Assembly (NCBI GenBank): GCA_016183565.1
Contig: JACPEJ010000004.1
Span: 41,178 to 105,177, forward strand
DNA length: 64,000 nucleotides
Source of the DNA: Candidatus Blackburnbacteria bacterium
GTDB taxonomy: Bacteria; Patescibacteriota; Microgenomatia; UBA8517; UBA10165
Reading direction: 5' to 3'
Part shown: piece by piece, positions 20,017 through 29,336 of the stretch
How positions within the stretch are numbered: position 1 is the first letter of the stretch
Layout: the number at the start of each line of letters is the position of its first letter
Translations under genes and position numbers: made by a program
The notes under the pieces: generated by a model
The model's input: only the letters and a program-made list of their open reading frames with translations
Told to the model about the DNA's origin: nothing
The model's database searches: none

Positions 20017-21456
20017 ATGGTAGCAGAAGCACCTGTTAACATAGTTAGGCCAGGTTGTTATCCTGAGGACCAAGCACCAAGGTCATTCCTTCGTTCAACC
20101 TTACTTGAGCAAGTCATTAGACAGAAAGGCATAGAAGATACCCTAACATCCTCTGATCACCCATCTACGGGTTCTTCTGTAGATATGTTCATGCATGAAA
20201 TCCACAGGTATCCCATACTAAGATCTGAAAACGAGCAACGGCTGTTTAAACACATGTCTAATGGAGATTCTATAGAAGATCTTGCCAATGATGCAGAGTT
20301 TGTTGGGTCACTCGGACCGCGGGAGTTAATCAAGACCAGACGTGTTTTATTAGACTGCTCTTCGCTTGAACAAGTTGCTATCTGCTGCAACTTTGGTCTT
20401 GTAATAGAGTTTGGGAAACCATTTATGCGAGTTATGTCGCTTGAAGATATTATCCAGGAAGGAGCCCTTGGTTTAAGGGAAGCGGTTCGTAAATTCGATT
20501 ACAAACGAGGCTATAAACTTTCAACTTATGCATGTTGGTGGATTAAACAAAGTATCCAATGTGCCCTTGCAGATACCGGTACCACAATAAGATTTCCCGT
20601 GCATGTGCATGAAAAACTTAGCGCTGCTAACAAAATAAGTCAAGGGTATAGTTTCAGATACGGAGAAGACCCGCTTCCGGGTGAGTTAAGGGATTTAATT
20701 TTAGCCAGGAAGGATATCAGTCCAACCGAAGCTGACTCTGTAATTAGAATTCTCTCTTTAGGTATACATAATCCATTATCTCTTAAGCCTTTATCTCTTG
20801 ATCATGCTGTTGACGCTCATCACGAGACAGAACTTGTTGAACTCATCCCTGATAGAACACAGGACGTTGATGGCGAAGCACTAGGTCTTGTTGAGAACTC
20901 CGACACACAAGCAAGGGTTAGGCGAGCTTTAGACAACCACCCCACACTTACTCCGCGGCAGCGCAGATTGTTAGAGGAACGTTTCGGCCTTGTGGACAGG
21001 AAAGGGAAAACTTTAGACCAAGTAGGAAAAATGTTCGGTCTTACAAGAGAAAGGGTGAGACAAATTGAAGCGAAAGCGTTAAAAATACTATATGACGACC
21101 CAGATCTTCGGCAGATATGGGAAGCTGACGGTGTACCTTTAGAGCAAATATCTAATGGTAAAATCCACAAAGTACCGCAAGTATTTCAGTCGAGAGTTCA
21201 CTGGGGCCAGGAGGTTGTTGAATCCGCACGTAAAGATCCGGCAGTCTGGGAACAATTCTCAAGACGCGCGCAGTCTATGTTTGAGTTCTACTTCTGCCGA
21301 TCCGAGCATTTAGTTAGCAAAAGACGCCTAGCAGCAATTTTTAAGATTGATATGGAACAGTTGGATAAAGAAGTCTCGGACTATTTAAGCGAGGTGGTCC
21401 GGCTTTTGTGGAGTGAACGCAAAAGAACAATGAAAAAATGGGCTGTCAATACTTGA
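20017..21456 (+). CDS. second sigma-70 family factor with C-terminal extension
   Basis: region 2 (IIQEGALGLREAVRKFDYKRGYKLSTYACWWIKQSI); region 4 ([29 protein letters not shown]); about 100 extra C-terminal residues; start uncertain. Confidence 0.65.
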   Translation: MVAEAPVNIVRPGCYPEDQAPRSFLRSTLLEQVIRQKGIEDTLTSSDHPSTGSSVDMFMHEIHRYPILRSENEQRLFKHMSNGDSIEDLANDAEFVGSLGPRELIKTRRVLLDCSSLEQVAICCNFGLVIEFGKPFMRVMSLEDIIQEGALGLREAVRKFDYKRGYKLSTYACWWIKQSIQCALADTGTTIRFPVHVHEKLSAANKISQGYSFRYGEDPLPGELRDLILARKDISPTEADSVIRILSLGIHNPLSLKPLSLDHAVDAHHETELVELIPDRTQDVDGEALGLVENSDTQARVRRALDNHPTLTPRQRRLLEERFGLVDRKGKTLDQVGKMFGLTRERVRQIEAKALKILYDDPDLRQIWEADGVPLEQISNGKIHKVPQVFQSRVHWGQEVVESARKDPAVWEQFSRRAQSMFEFYFCRSEHLVSKRRLAAIFKIDMEQLDKEVSDYLSEVVRLLWSERKRTMKKWAVNT

Positions 21457-21502
21457 CAAATGCTGAGGTAATCGTGTATATAAATAATATTACAGGTTAA
21501 GT

Positions 21503-22201
21503 ATGGCTATAGAAAGAATAATCTTCGCACTAAGACAAGACCAAATGCTTAAAGCTGCTGCAGCAGCTGAAAAAAGTGCCAGGATGATGCGAAGCGGAAA
21601 AAGACAAGAAGCTGGTAATCTGTTAACCCAAGCTCAGGAATCTCTCGATAAAGCAGAGACTATAGACGCATCAGTATACCCCAAAATTATGGACGTTCTC
21701 CACACTAACGGCATAGAAGATCCGCCTGTTAGTCTTCTTAGAGAGATAGTTGAAGCAGATGAGCAAAACAAATTTGTTCCTGGCGAAAAAGAAGCAAAAG
21801 AACCAGATAACTTCTTGCTCACTTCCCAACAAATTGCTTTTATTGCTCAAGCCCTTTTGCAAAAAGATAGAGGTGCGCTCCGTGACCTTGGAATCAACAT
21901 TGAACAAGAAGACGAAGAAACACTACGCAGACTAATAAAGACAATACTCGTAGGAGATGTTGGTATTCCAAACGATCCGCAATTTTTGAAAGAAACCGAG
22001 TCTAGGCTAACTGCTCTCCTTGCAAATTCTGAGGAGTCTTTTCCTGCAGTAACCGGCGCAACAAAAGAATTACTTTTTATTTTAGGGGAGGCTAAAGATC
22101 CTTTACGTATTGCAACTTACCTTACAGCAGCACCTCCAAAGCCTAGGTTTGCCAAACTAACGCCTCAGGAAGTCGAAGAGCTTAGATCAAGACAAAGATA
22201 A
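21503..22201 (+). CDS. hypothetical protein downstream of the sigma factor
   Basis: 232-aa helical, Ala/Glu-rich ORF; no known motif. Confidence 0.4.
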   Translation: MAIERIIFALRQDQMLKAAAAAEKSARMMRSGKRQEAGNLLTQAQESLDKAETIDASVYPKIMDVLHTNGIEDPPVSLLREIVEADEQNKFVPGEKEAKEPDNFLLTSQQIAFIAQALLQKDRGALRDLGINIEQEDEETLRRLIKTILVGDVGIPNDPQFLKETESRLTALLANSEESFPAVTGATKELLFILGEAKDPLRIATYLTAAPPKPRFAKLTPQEVEELRSRQR

Positions 22202-22398
22202 TCTCTGCCGCCAAAAAACCACCATTAAATGATTCCAAAATCTCCATCGGCGACAAAATCCTGAAGGTATCTGTAGAATAAGAATTTGGCTTAATGGAAG
22301 GTTTTTGAGCAGATACTTGCAAAATTTTGTATTATTTGGTATATTATGTTTGTGGAACGAGAGAGTTTTTACTCTCCATGACGCTAAAGTTCAAAAAC

Positions 22399-22827
22399 CT
22401 AAGCGTGAGGCGTTCCACTTTTTTGTATTCTCACGCCTTTCTGTTTTTTGTCCATAACTGAATAAAATATTTTATTCTTTTCTTTATCTTCTATCAAAAT
22501 CACTCTGACTTTCCTAAGCGCTTCATTACCATTCTCTTTAATCATAATTACCGCCTCCAAGGCATAAAAAGTTTTTTCGCCTTTGGTAGTTACATTTTGT
22601 ATGGTAGTTGATTTTTCAATAATCTCTTTGGCATAAGAAACAAGTTTTAGTCTTCTATATGTATCTTGATAGGTTCGTTTCTTTGATCCTGTTGCCCCAG
22701 TTATATGGCGCCATCCCATTAAAGAAACTCTTATATATGTTTTTAAAGCAGGGGAATAAGTTTTTTCTTTTCTCCATTTGTCATAAAATTTCCAAACCTC
22801 TTTTTTGATTTTTTTTAGATTTTCCAT
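22399..22827 (-). CDS. hypothetical protein
   Basis: 142-aa basic ORF; no recognised motif. Confidence 0.35.
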   Translation of the reverse strand: MENLKKIKKEVWKFYDKWRKEKTYSPALKTYIRVSLMGWRHITGATGSKKRTYQDTYRRLKLVSYAKEIIEKSTTIQNVTTKGEKTFYALEAVIMIKENGNEALRKVRVILIEDKEKNKIFYSVMDKKQKGVRIQKSGTPHA

Positions 22828-22958
22828 ATATTCTTACTTTACGTAAATACTTTTCTTCATTCTTAGCATGGCAAATACTGAACTGAAAGTAAAGTTATTA
22901 AAGAAAATCCTATCACTGTTTATTTGCTATTTTAATTCAAATTTGGAACAATAATTCT

Positions 22959-23093
22959 ATGAAAGTAAAAGGATATACAAAACTTTGGAAGCTTATACTA
23001 CTTGTTATCATTCTACTAATTTTATTTGTTCCAATTCCTTATCAAAAAAATATGGTTTCTGCGAACCATGGATTTCCGATTGTGTTCATGTAA
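22959..23093 (+). CDS. possible small membrane peptide (44 aa)
   Basis: MKVKGYTKLWKLILLVIILLILFVPIPYQKNMVSANHGFPIVFM inside a roughly 750 bp otherwise ORF-free gap; speculative. Confidence 0.15.
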   Translation: MKVKGYTKLWKLILLVIILLILFVPIPYQKNMVSANHGFPIVFM

Positions 23094-23576
23094 AATGGTA
23101 CTTAGGTCCATCTTTGTGGCAACGTTTTACCTCCTTGTTTTATTGAACAATTTAGAGAGTAAAACCTCGTTTAATAGTTAAGTATTATTTTTTAAGTTGG
23201 GAATAAATACGACCTCTCAGTGAGAAATTGAACCTCCTGCTGATTTTAAGGCAACGGCAGGATAAAACTTATTCATGGAGTTTTTTGATTGCAGATATTT
23301 GATTTCTGATAAAGTTTGACCCTTGGAAAATGAGTGGCGCAACCCCAAAGATATAATCAAAAAGCAAAAGGCCATCACTTACAACAGGTGACTGTCTTGA
23401 CACAGGGATTGAATCAGACTTTCTGGTTTATCGCATAATAACGCCTTATGTTTTTTAGCGGCGCTTTTAAAAAAGTCTAAGCTCTTTTCTGTAAGTGTCA
23501 ATGTTACCTTGGTCTTTTTTCATTTTCGTCTGCAGAGGACCAACTATGTCTTGAAGAAGTCAAGCGTCTAATTCCT

Positions 23577-24665
23577 CTATGGTTTAGGGGATTCTAGGAG
23601 AAAAGGAGAACCACCACCTACCAATCTTCGTATATCTTGTATTGTAACCAAAAAGATTAAGGTCAGAAGAATAATAAGACCGGCTATGTGGATTACTTTT
23701 TCAAAAGATGGCAAAATTCTTTTGCCAAACAAGGTTTCTGCAACAATAAACAAGAGTCTGCCACCGTCTAGTGCAGGAAAAGGAACTATGTTTAAAACAG
23801 CAAGATTAATAGAAAGGATGGCGATAAAGGTAAGGAGGGGTAAAATCCCAAGTTTTGCAAAAGCACTTGTTACTTGGAAAATGCCGATCGGCCCAGTAAC
23901 TCCTGAGGGAGCTTCCCCTCGGATTGCGCCAGTAATCATACTCCAAAAGCCCAAAACAGTATTACCAACCCAAGTAGTTGCTTCGCTAAATCCGTACCAG
24001 AATGAGACAAAAGGCCGCTGCCAAAAGGGAGGTTGCGCCAAGATCATATCAGATACTGCAACTCCTAAAGGACCTTCGTGTTTGGGCGGATCGATACGCG
24101 GAACGACTCTAATCTCAAACTCTTGGCTATCTCGCTTAACGGTTAATAAAATTTCTTTACCTTTGTTTTGGTCAACTATTGAGATGAATTTTTGTACTTG
24201 GTCAACTTTTTCGTTGTTAACTTTTAGAATTTCATCTCCTTCTGCCAATCCAACTTGTTGTGCAGGAGAGTTTTCTGCAATCGCGTTTACCTGTATTTTG
24301 TCTGTAGTTTGCGGGATTCCTTGTGCCCAAAAAACAATACCAAATGCTAAAACACCCAAAAGGAAATTTGCTAAAACTCCTGCGATTGAGACAAGGGCGC
24401 GAACTCCTTTTCCTTTGTAGTAGAAAGAGCGGTTGCGGTTTTTTGTGACAGCGGAATCTTCTCCATAAAGCCGTACAAAACCCCCTATAGGGATTGCGTT
24501 AAGGGAATAGATTGTTTCACCAATTTTTTTACTGATAAGGCGAGGTGGAAAACCTAAGGCGAACTCTTCAATTTTGATCCCGGATTTTTTTGCAACAATG
24601 AAATGTCCAAACTCATGGACAAAAATTAAAAGAGAAAGAACGGCTATGAAAATAATTATGGTCAT
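23577..24665 (-). CDS. rseP: RseP-type site-2 zinc metalloprotease (M50) with PDZ domain
   Basis: HEFGHFIVAK HExxH in the first helix; a PDZ-like middle region; polytopic. Confidence 0.85.
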   Translation of the reverse strand: MTIIIFIAVLSLLIFVHEFGHFIVAKKSGIKIEEFALGFPPRLISKKIGETIYSLNAIPIGGFVRLYGEDSAVTKNRNRSFYYKGKGVRALVSIAGVLANFLLGVLAFGIVFWAQGIPQTTDKIQVNAIAENSPAQQVGLAEGDEILKVNNEKVDQVQKFISIVDQNKGKEILLTVKRDSQEFEIRVVPRIDPPKHEGPLGVAVSDMILAQPPFWQRPFVSFWYGFSEATTWVGNTVLGFWSMITGAIRGEAPSGVTGPIGIFQVTSAFAKLGILPLLTFIAILSINLAVLNIVPFPALDGGRLLFIVAETLFGKRILPSFEKVIHIAGLIILLTLIFLVTIQDIRRLVGGGSPFLLESPKP

Positions 24666-25234
24666 AGTGAGCGTAGCTCACTTTCCTTTGTCTTCCCCAT
24701 TTCGTCAATCTTCCCTGTGTACTCATCTGTTAATGCTTGTATTTTCTTCTCTTCTCTGTCTCTTTCATCTTCGGAGAGTTCTTTGTTTTCAAAAGATTCT
24801 TTTATCTCTCGCATTCTATCTTGTCTAACTTGTCTTATCTTTACGCGACCAGATTCAAGTTTTTGGTGCAAAAGTCTTATGTAATTTTCGCGATCTTCGG
24901 CAGTTAAAGGAGGAAGGTTGATTCGTAATTCATCTCCGGTTATAACGGGGTTAAGTCCAACATTTGCCTCCAGTATCCCCTTTCTTATTTCACCAACTAT
25001 GCTTTTGTCCCAAGGGGAAATAAGAAGACTTTGAGGGTCAGGGGCTGTAATTGTTGCTAATTCGATTAAACGAAGTTTTGCTCCGCCAGCTGGCGGACCA
25101 CCGTAGGCTGGGACAACAATATCTTCAACTAATGCTGGGGTTGCGCGACCAGTGCGGATACCTCCCATTTCCCGGCGAACTTCTTCTAAACCATGGTCCA
25201 TCCGTTCTCTTGTTTGTGCCTCGTCCATACTCAT
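24662..25234 (-). CDS. frr: ribosome recycling factor
   Basis: RRF family pattern (IRTGRATPALVEDIVV ... RVKIRQVRQD); 190 aa. Confidence 0.85.
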   Translation of the reverse strand: MSMDEAQTRERMDHGLEEVRREMGGIRTGRATPALVEDIVVPAYGGPPAGGAKLRLIELATITAPDPQSLLISPWDKSIVGEIRKGILEANVGLNPVITGDELRINLPPLTAEDRENYIRLLHQKLESGRVKIRQVRQDRMREIKESFENKELSEDERDREEKKIQALTDEYTGKIDEMGKTKESELRSL

Positions 25235-25683
25235 ATTTCAAATCTCTTGAAATCTTGAATTTGTATGTTTTCTCCTGTTTTGGCAATAACGCCTTGTACT
25301 AAAGCATCAATTGTTGTGCTGGGATCTCTAATGTAGTCTTGTTTTTTTAGGTCTTCTACGCTTTCTGGTTTCATAGAAGCAATTTGCATTGCGATTTCGC
25401 GTCCTAATTCTTGAAACTCATCAGTTCGTGCAACAAAATCGGTTTCACAAAGTATCGCGACTATTGATCCGACAGTTCCGGAGTGGTGAATGTAGGAGAA
25501 TATACGGCCTGTTTTTGTCTCGCGACTGGCCTTTTTAGCAGCACGAGTAAATCCAGCTTCTTTCAAAATCTGTCGGGCTTTGTCTTCGTTTCCACGAGAT
25601 TCCTCTAAAGCCCGTTTAACATCCATAACACTAGCACTCGTAGCCTTACGGAGTTTTTTGATTTGGTCAAGAGAGATAGACAT
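25231..25683 (-). CDS. tsf: elongation factor Ts (short form)
   Basis: UBA-like N-terminus ISLDQIKKLRKATSASVMDVKRALEE; start at MSISLDQ; the upstream Met codons fall inside the AT-rich repeat. Confidence 0.75.
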   Translation of the reverse strand: MSISLDQIKKLRKATSASVMDVKRALEESRGNEDKARQILKEAGFTRAAKKASRETKTGRIFSYIHHSGTVGSIVAILCETDFVARTDEFQELGREIAMQIASMKPESVEDLKKQDYIRDPSTTIDALVQGVIAKTGENIQIQDFKRFEI

Positions 25684-25790
25684 AATTTTCAATTTACAAT
25701 TTTTAATTTTCAATCAAGTATCATTCATTCAATTTTCAATGAAAATTAATCAATGAAAATTGTAAATTAAAAACTGATCATTTTTTCAGG
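25684..25790. repeat. AT-rich palindromic intergenic element
   Basis: aattttcaatttacaatttttaattttcaat ... aattttcaatgaaaattaatcaatgaaaattg between rpsB and tsf. Confidence 0.7.
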
Positions 25791-26491
25791 GTTGCAGTCT
25801 TTTGTTCCTCGAACTTTTTCTTTCCTTCCTCAATCGCTTTCCCAACAAAATCAAGTATGAGCGATATTGCTTTCACTGCGTCATCGTTTGCTGGGATAGG
25901 ATAGTTGACCAGGTCGGGATTTGCGTTAGTGTCAACTATTGCAACCATTGGTACACCAAGTTGATTGGCTTCTTTAACGACACCGTCTTCTTTGTGAGTA
26001 TCAACTACAAAAATCATATCAGGAATGTTTTTTAAATTCACTAGTCCTCCGAAGAGTCTTTCCAGACGTCCGATTTCTCTATCTATCAAGAGCTTTTCTT
26101 TCTTGGTGTAACCTTTGAATCCTCCGGATTCTCTTTTTTCTCTCAAGTCACTTAACTTTTTGACAGATCGGCGCATTTGCTCAAAATTGGTTAGTGTTCC
26201 TCCAAGCCAACGATGGGTAACATATGGCATTCCTGTTTTTTTAGCTAAATCTTGAATTAAATCTTTGGCTTGTCTTTTTGTGCCAACTAAAAGGATTGCT
26301 CCGCCTTTTGAAACTGTGTCTTTTATAGCTTTAGCAGCTTCCAAAAGAGCATCGCGAGTTTTTGCAAGGTCAAAAATATGCACACCTTCGCGGCTGCCAT
26401 AGATAAATGGGGCCATTTGAGGATCCCAACGACGGGTCTGGTGTCCAAAATGCACACCAGCCTCCAATAATTCTTCTAAAGTTATGTCCAT
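25778..26491 (-). CDS. rpsB: 30S ribosomal protein S2
   Basis: EAGVHFGHQTRRWDP S2 signature; start at MDITLEEL with AAGGAG RBS 4 nt upstream. Confidence 0.9.
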   Translation of the reverse strand: MDITLEELLEAGVHFGHQTRRWDPQMAPFIYGSREGVHIFDLAKTRDALLEAAKAIKDTVSKGGAILLVGTKRQAKDLIQDLAKKTGMPYVTHRWLGGTLTNFEQMRRSVKKLSDLREKRESGGFKGYTKKEKLLIDREIGRLERLFGGLVNLKNIPDMIFVVDTHKEDGVVKEANQLGVPMVAIVDTNANPDLVNYPIPANDDAVKAISLILDFVGKAIEEGKKKFEEQKTATLKK

Positions 26492-26602
26492 TGACTCCTT
26501 AAACCACCATCCGACAGAAGCTTCAGGAGTCCAGCCGGATGTGAGTGATGTCCTGTATTTTACCAGAAACAAATTTGCCGCGCAAACCTTATTGAAGTAT
26601 CT

Positions 26603-26634
26603 ATAGATATTTGGAATATTAATATCTATTTTGT
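26603..26634. repeat. 32-bp direct repeat, copy 1 (ends in ttgaaa)
   Basis: ggaatattaatatctattttgtcttcttgaaa; same at 27992. Confidence 0.6.
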
Positions 26635-26883
26635 CTTCTTGAAAAACCAGCAGTATATTTTCTCTCTTCGAAAGGAAGACAATTGGTTGCAAATTTATAC
26701 CTTGCTCACTATCCCAATAAAGTTAAGGAACTTTTGCAAGATTTTAAAGATCATCTTAATGATGGAATAATACTTGAGGATAACAAGATTCAATTCTTTA
26801 CCCCAGCATTTTATGTGGTATTAGAAGAACTTATTCCCCTCTTAAAATTAAAACCTGATGCATATATGTATTATGAAGCTCCG

Positions 26884-26976
26884 CTGGCTTACGCCAGCGG
26901 TATCTTCTAGCTTCATATCGAATCGCGCTACGCGCTCTCGATATGTACTTCGTACCGCTTCATCCACGGACTCACG
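26884..26976. other. series of three GC-rich hairpins in AT-rich context
   Basis: gctggcttacgccagc; atcgcgctacgcgctctcgat; ccacggactcacgtccgtgg. Confidence 0.4.
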
Positions 26977-27084
26977 TCCGTGGTTTTCGCGATTCGCTAT
27001 AAAAACAAAATCTGGGAAGACTGGATGGATAACAACATCGTCGGAGAACGAATAGACGCCCAACATTTGACAATTAGATTATAG

Positions 27085-27954
27085 TTGAGTATTATACTCA
27101 GCATTATGTCCATAGATCTTGAGCAAGAGCTTGGAAAGTTCAGAGAAGACAGCATCCCAGGAAAGGCTTCCTTAGCAAGGGCGTTTAGTGCTGTATCAGA
27201 AGCTTGGAGAGAACAATATGGACCACTTCCAACAATAGGCAAAGTAACTCCAGCAGACAGTCATAAAACAGTGGATGATCCTTTAATCAGTCCTCATGAA
27301 CAAATTCGGACTTCCTTAGGACTTGCTCCAGAACAATTAGCACAACAACCAGATCAAATTACCCCAGATACTAAAGCGTATATCGGACCTTTAGTACATC
27401 GTGATAGTAAAGGCGAAATTATCCCAATTTTCAGTAAGCTAGGTAGTGTTGACCATGTCTATAGACCTGACGGTACAGAAATCCCTCGGTGGCGTTTACC
27501 GTATGGCGGTAAAAGCGTTTCTCAATTAGAATCGGAACTGGACGGTGCAGGAGTTTGGGTTAGTCCCGATGCAGGATACATACTAAGATACATGTTTAGG
27601 AGTAAAGAATTTACCACTCAAGCTAAACCCGAAGTTGCAGAACTGATGATGCCAACTGTTGAGGATATGGGATTCCCTGAAGTAACAAGATGGCAAATGC
27701 TTTTCGATCAGACAAAGGCTTTAGGGGGCGTATGCTCGCCTGAAATAGGTCCTTACCAAAGATTATACGATCGAGAACAAAAGCCCAACACTTGGTATTA
27801 TGTTGTTATGGAACCAATTGCTGACTCCTACGGCTATCCGCTCGTCTTCAGGGTGATACGGGATGGTGTCAGGCGTTGGTTGCGCGGCCATTGGGTTTAT
27901 CCTGACTACAGGTGGGATCCTACGACTCCGGTGGTTGTTACTCTTGGCAAGTAA
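27085..27954 (+). CDS. hypothetical protein
   Basis: 289-aa ORF; no recognised motif. Confidence 0.4.
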   Translation: MSIILSIMSIDLEQELGKFREDSIPGKASLARAFSAVSEAWREQYGPLPTIGKVTPADSHKTVDDPLISPHEQIRTSLGLAPEQLAQQPDQITPDTKAYIGPLVHRDSKGEIIPIFSKLGSVDHVYRPDGTEIPRWRLPYGGKSVSQLESELDGAGVWVSPDAGYILRYMFRSKEFTTQAKPEVAELMMPTVEDMGFPEVTRWQMLFDQTKALGGVCSPEIGPYQRLYDREQKPNTWYYVVMEPIADSYGYPLVFRVIRDGVRRWLRGHWVYPDYRWDPTTPVVVTLGK

Positions 27955-27991
27955 CACTTGTGCCGCTTATTCTCTTTAAATTTTGATCCTC

Positions 27992-28023
27992 GGAATATTA
28001 ATATCTATTTTGTCTTCTTGAAA
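27992..28023. repeat. 32-bp direct repeat, copy 2
   Basis: identical to 26603..26634. Confidence 0.6.
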
Positions 28024-28046
28024 GAATAGTTTACACGGAATATAGT
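28018..28046 (+). promoter_or_regulatory. sigma-70-like promoter TTGAAA-17-TATAGT, probably leaderless
   Basis: -35 at 28018 and -10 at 28041; ATG at 28053 is only 7 nt after the -10. Confidence 0.45.
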
Positions 28047-28052
28047 TTGAGA

Positions 28053-28370
28053 ATGCTTACTAAAAATGATTTTGATCAAATCAGAGGGATAATAAGAGAA
28101 GAAGTAGAAAATGAGGTGCAAGCATCCAGAGACTCCTTAGATAGCACTATCAGAGAAGCACGTGTGAGGATACAGACGGATGTACGGGACCAAGCCGACA
28201 GAATTAAGAACTTGGAAATTCGTATAACGGGAAATCACAAAGAACTTAAAAAAGAAATTCGGCAAGTAGCCGACTTCCTGGATAAGGAAAACTTGAAAAC
28301 TCAAAAGCGTGTAAGCAGGATTGAAGACCATCTCGACTTACCCCTAATGCCATCTGGTTCAACCTCTTAA
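28053..28370 (+). CDS. hypothetical coiled-coil protein
   Basis: 106-aa charged helical ORF. Confidence 0.4.
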   Translation: MLTKNDFDQIRGIIREEVENEVQASRDSLDSTIREARVRIQTDVRDQADRIKNLEIRITGNHKELKKEIRQVADFLDKENLKTQKRVSRIEDHLDLPLMPSGSTS

Positions 28371-28524
28371 TTAATTTTAAAACGCTACCATTATCTTTTT
28401 AGAATTTTGTTTAGTTTTTTTGTGAAGACCAAGTTTTCTGCGAAGTTTTGCTGGGATGCTTATTTGACCCTGGGAAGTAATGGAAACTGTTTAAACCATT
28501 TCGCATTACTTTTGTCAAGACACA

Positions 28525-29334
28525 TTAAGTCCTCTTACTCGCTGCCTCAACTAGGTTTTCGAGGAGACAGGCAACAGTCACTGGGCCAATGCCGCCTGGT
28601 ACGGGGGTAATAAATGATGCAACAGATTTTACTGAGTCAAAATCAACGTCTCCACCGGGTGCTCCAACGTCAATAACAATGGCGTTTTTTTTAATCATAT
28701 CTCCGTTGATAATCCGGGGGTTCCCTGTTGCAGAGATAACAATATCTGCTTTTTTCGTTTGGAACCAAACATCTTGAGTTGTTACGTCTATTTCAATAAC
28801 TTGTGCAGCGTAATCTTTCAAAACTTTAGTCAAAGCTCGGCCTACTATTCCAGTTGCCCCTACAACAGCCACCTTTACACTCACCAAGCTGAGCTTGGTG
28901 AGGCTAAGGCCTGCATCATTTAGTGCTACAAGGACAGCTTTTACAGTTGCAGGCAAAAAGGGCGAGTCGTCCCTCAAACCGTCAACATCTTTTTCTTTTG
29001 TAATAGCTTCCAGCAAAGCTTGCCAGTTTTTTTCCTGGAATGCAAATTCTCCTGAAGGGTGTTGTACTAGAATTCCGTGAACAGCAGGATCCTTTGAAGA
29101 TTCTCTGATTTGTGAGACTGCATCTTGCGCTCTATAGATCTCAATATCCTCAAATTCTATTCCGACACTTTGTGCTTTTTGCTTTTTGATCCGCGTATAC
29201 AAAGCGCTCCCTGGATCATCTGGTTTGTAGAAGCTTATAAGTTTTGGGGTAAAATGGAGTTTCGCAACTCTACGTCGCACATTCTCCGAAATTTCCTCGG
29301 CCTTTCTTTTTCCGTCAAAAATTTTTGCAGACAT
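28525..29334 (-). CDS. folD: bifunctional methylenetetrahydrofolate dehydrogenase/cyclohydrolase
   Basis: GILVQHPSG...; Rossmann GATGIVGRALTKVL; C-terminal PVPGGIGPVTVACLLEN. Confidence 0.85.
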   Translation of the reverse strand: MSAKIFDGKRKAEEISENVRRRVAKLHFTPKLISFYKPDDPGSALYTRIKKQKAQSVGIEFEDIEIYRAQDAVSQIRESSKDPAVHGILVQHPSGEFAFQEKNWQALLEAITKEKDVDGLRDDSPFLPATVKAVLVALNDAGLSLTKLSLVSVKVAVVGATGIVGRALTKVLKDYAAQVIEIDVTTQDVWFQTKKADIVISATGNPRIINGDMIKKNAIVIDVGAPGGDVDFDSVKSVASFITPVPGGIGPVTVACLLENLVEAASKRT

Positions 29335-29336
29335 GG

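Noticed and set aside
26683-26910. 75-aa ORF starting with TTG and the 72/65-aa ORFs over the hairpin series at 26848-27066
   Set aside because: Non-ATG start, no motif, and they overlap GC-rich hairpins that look structural. Kept only as a low-priority note.
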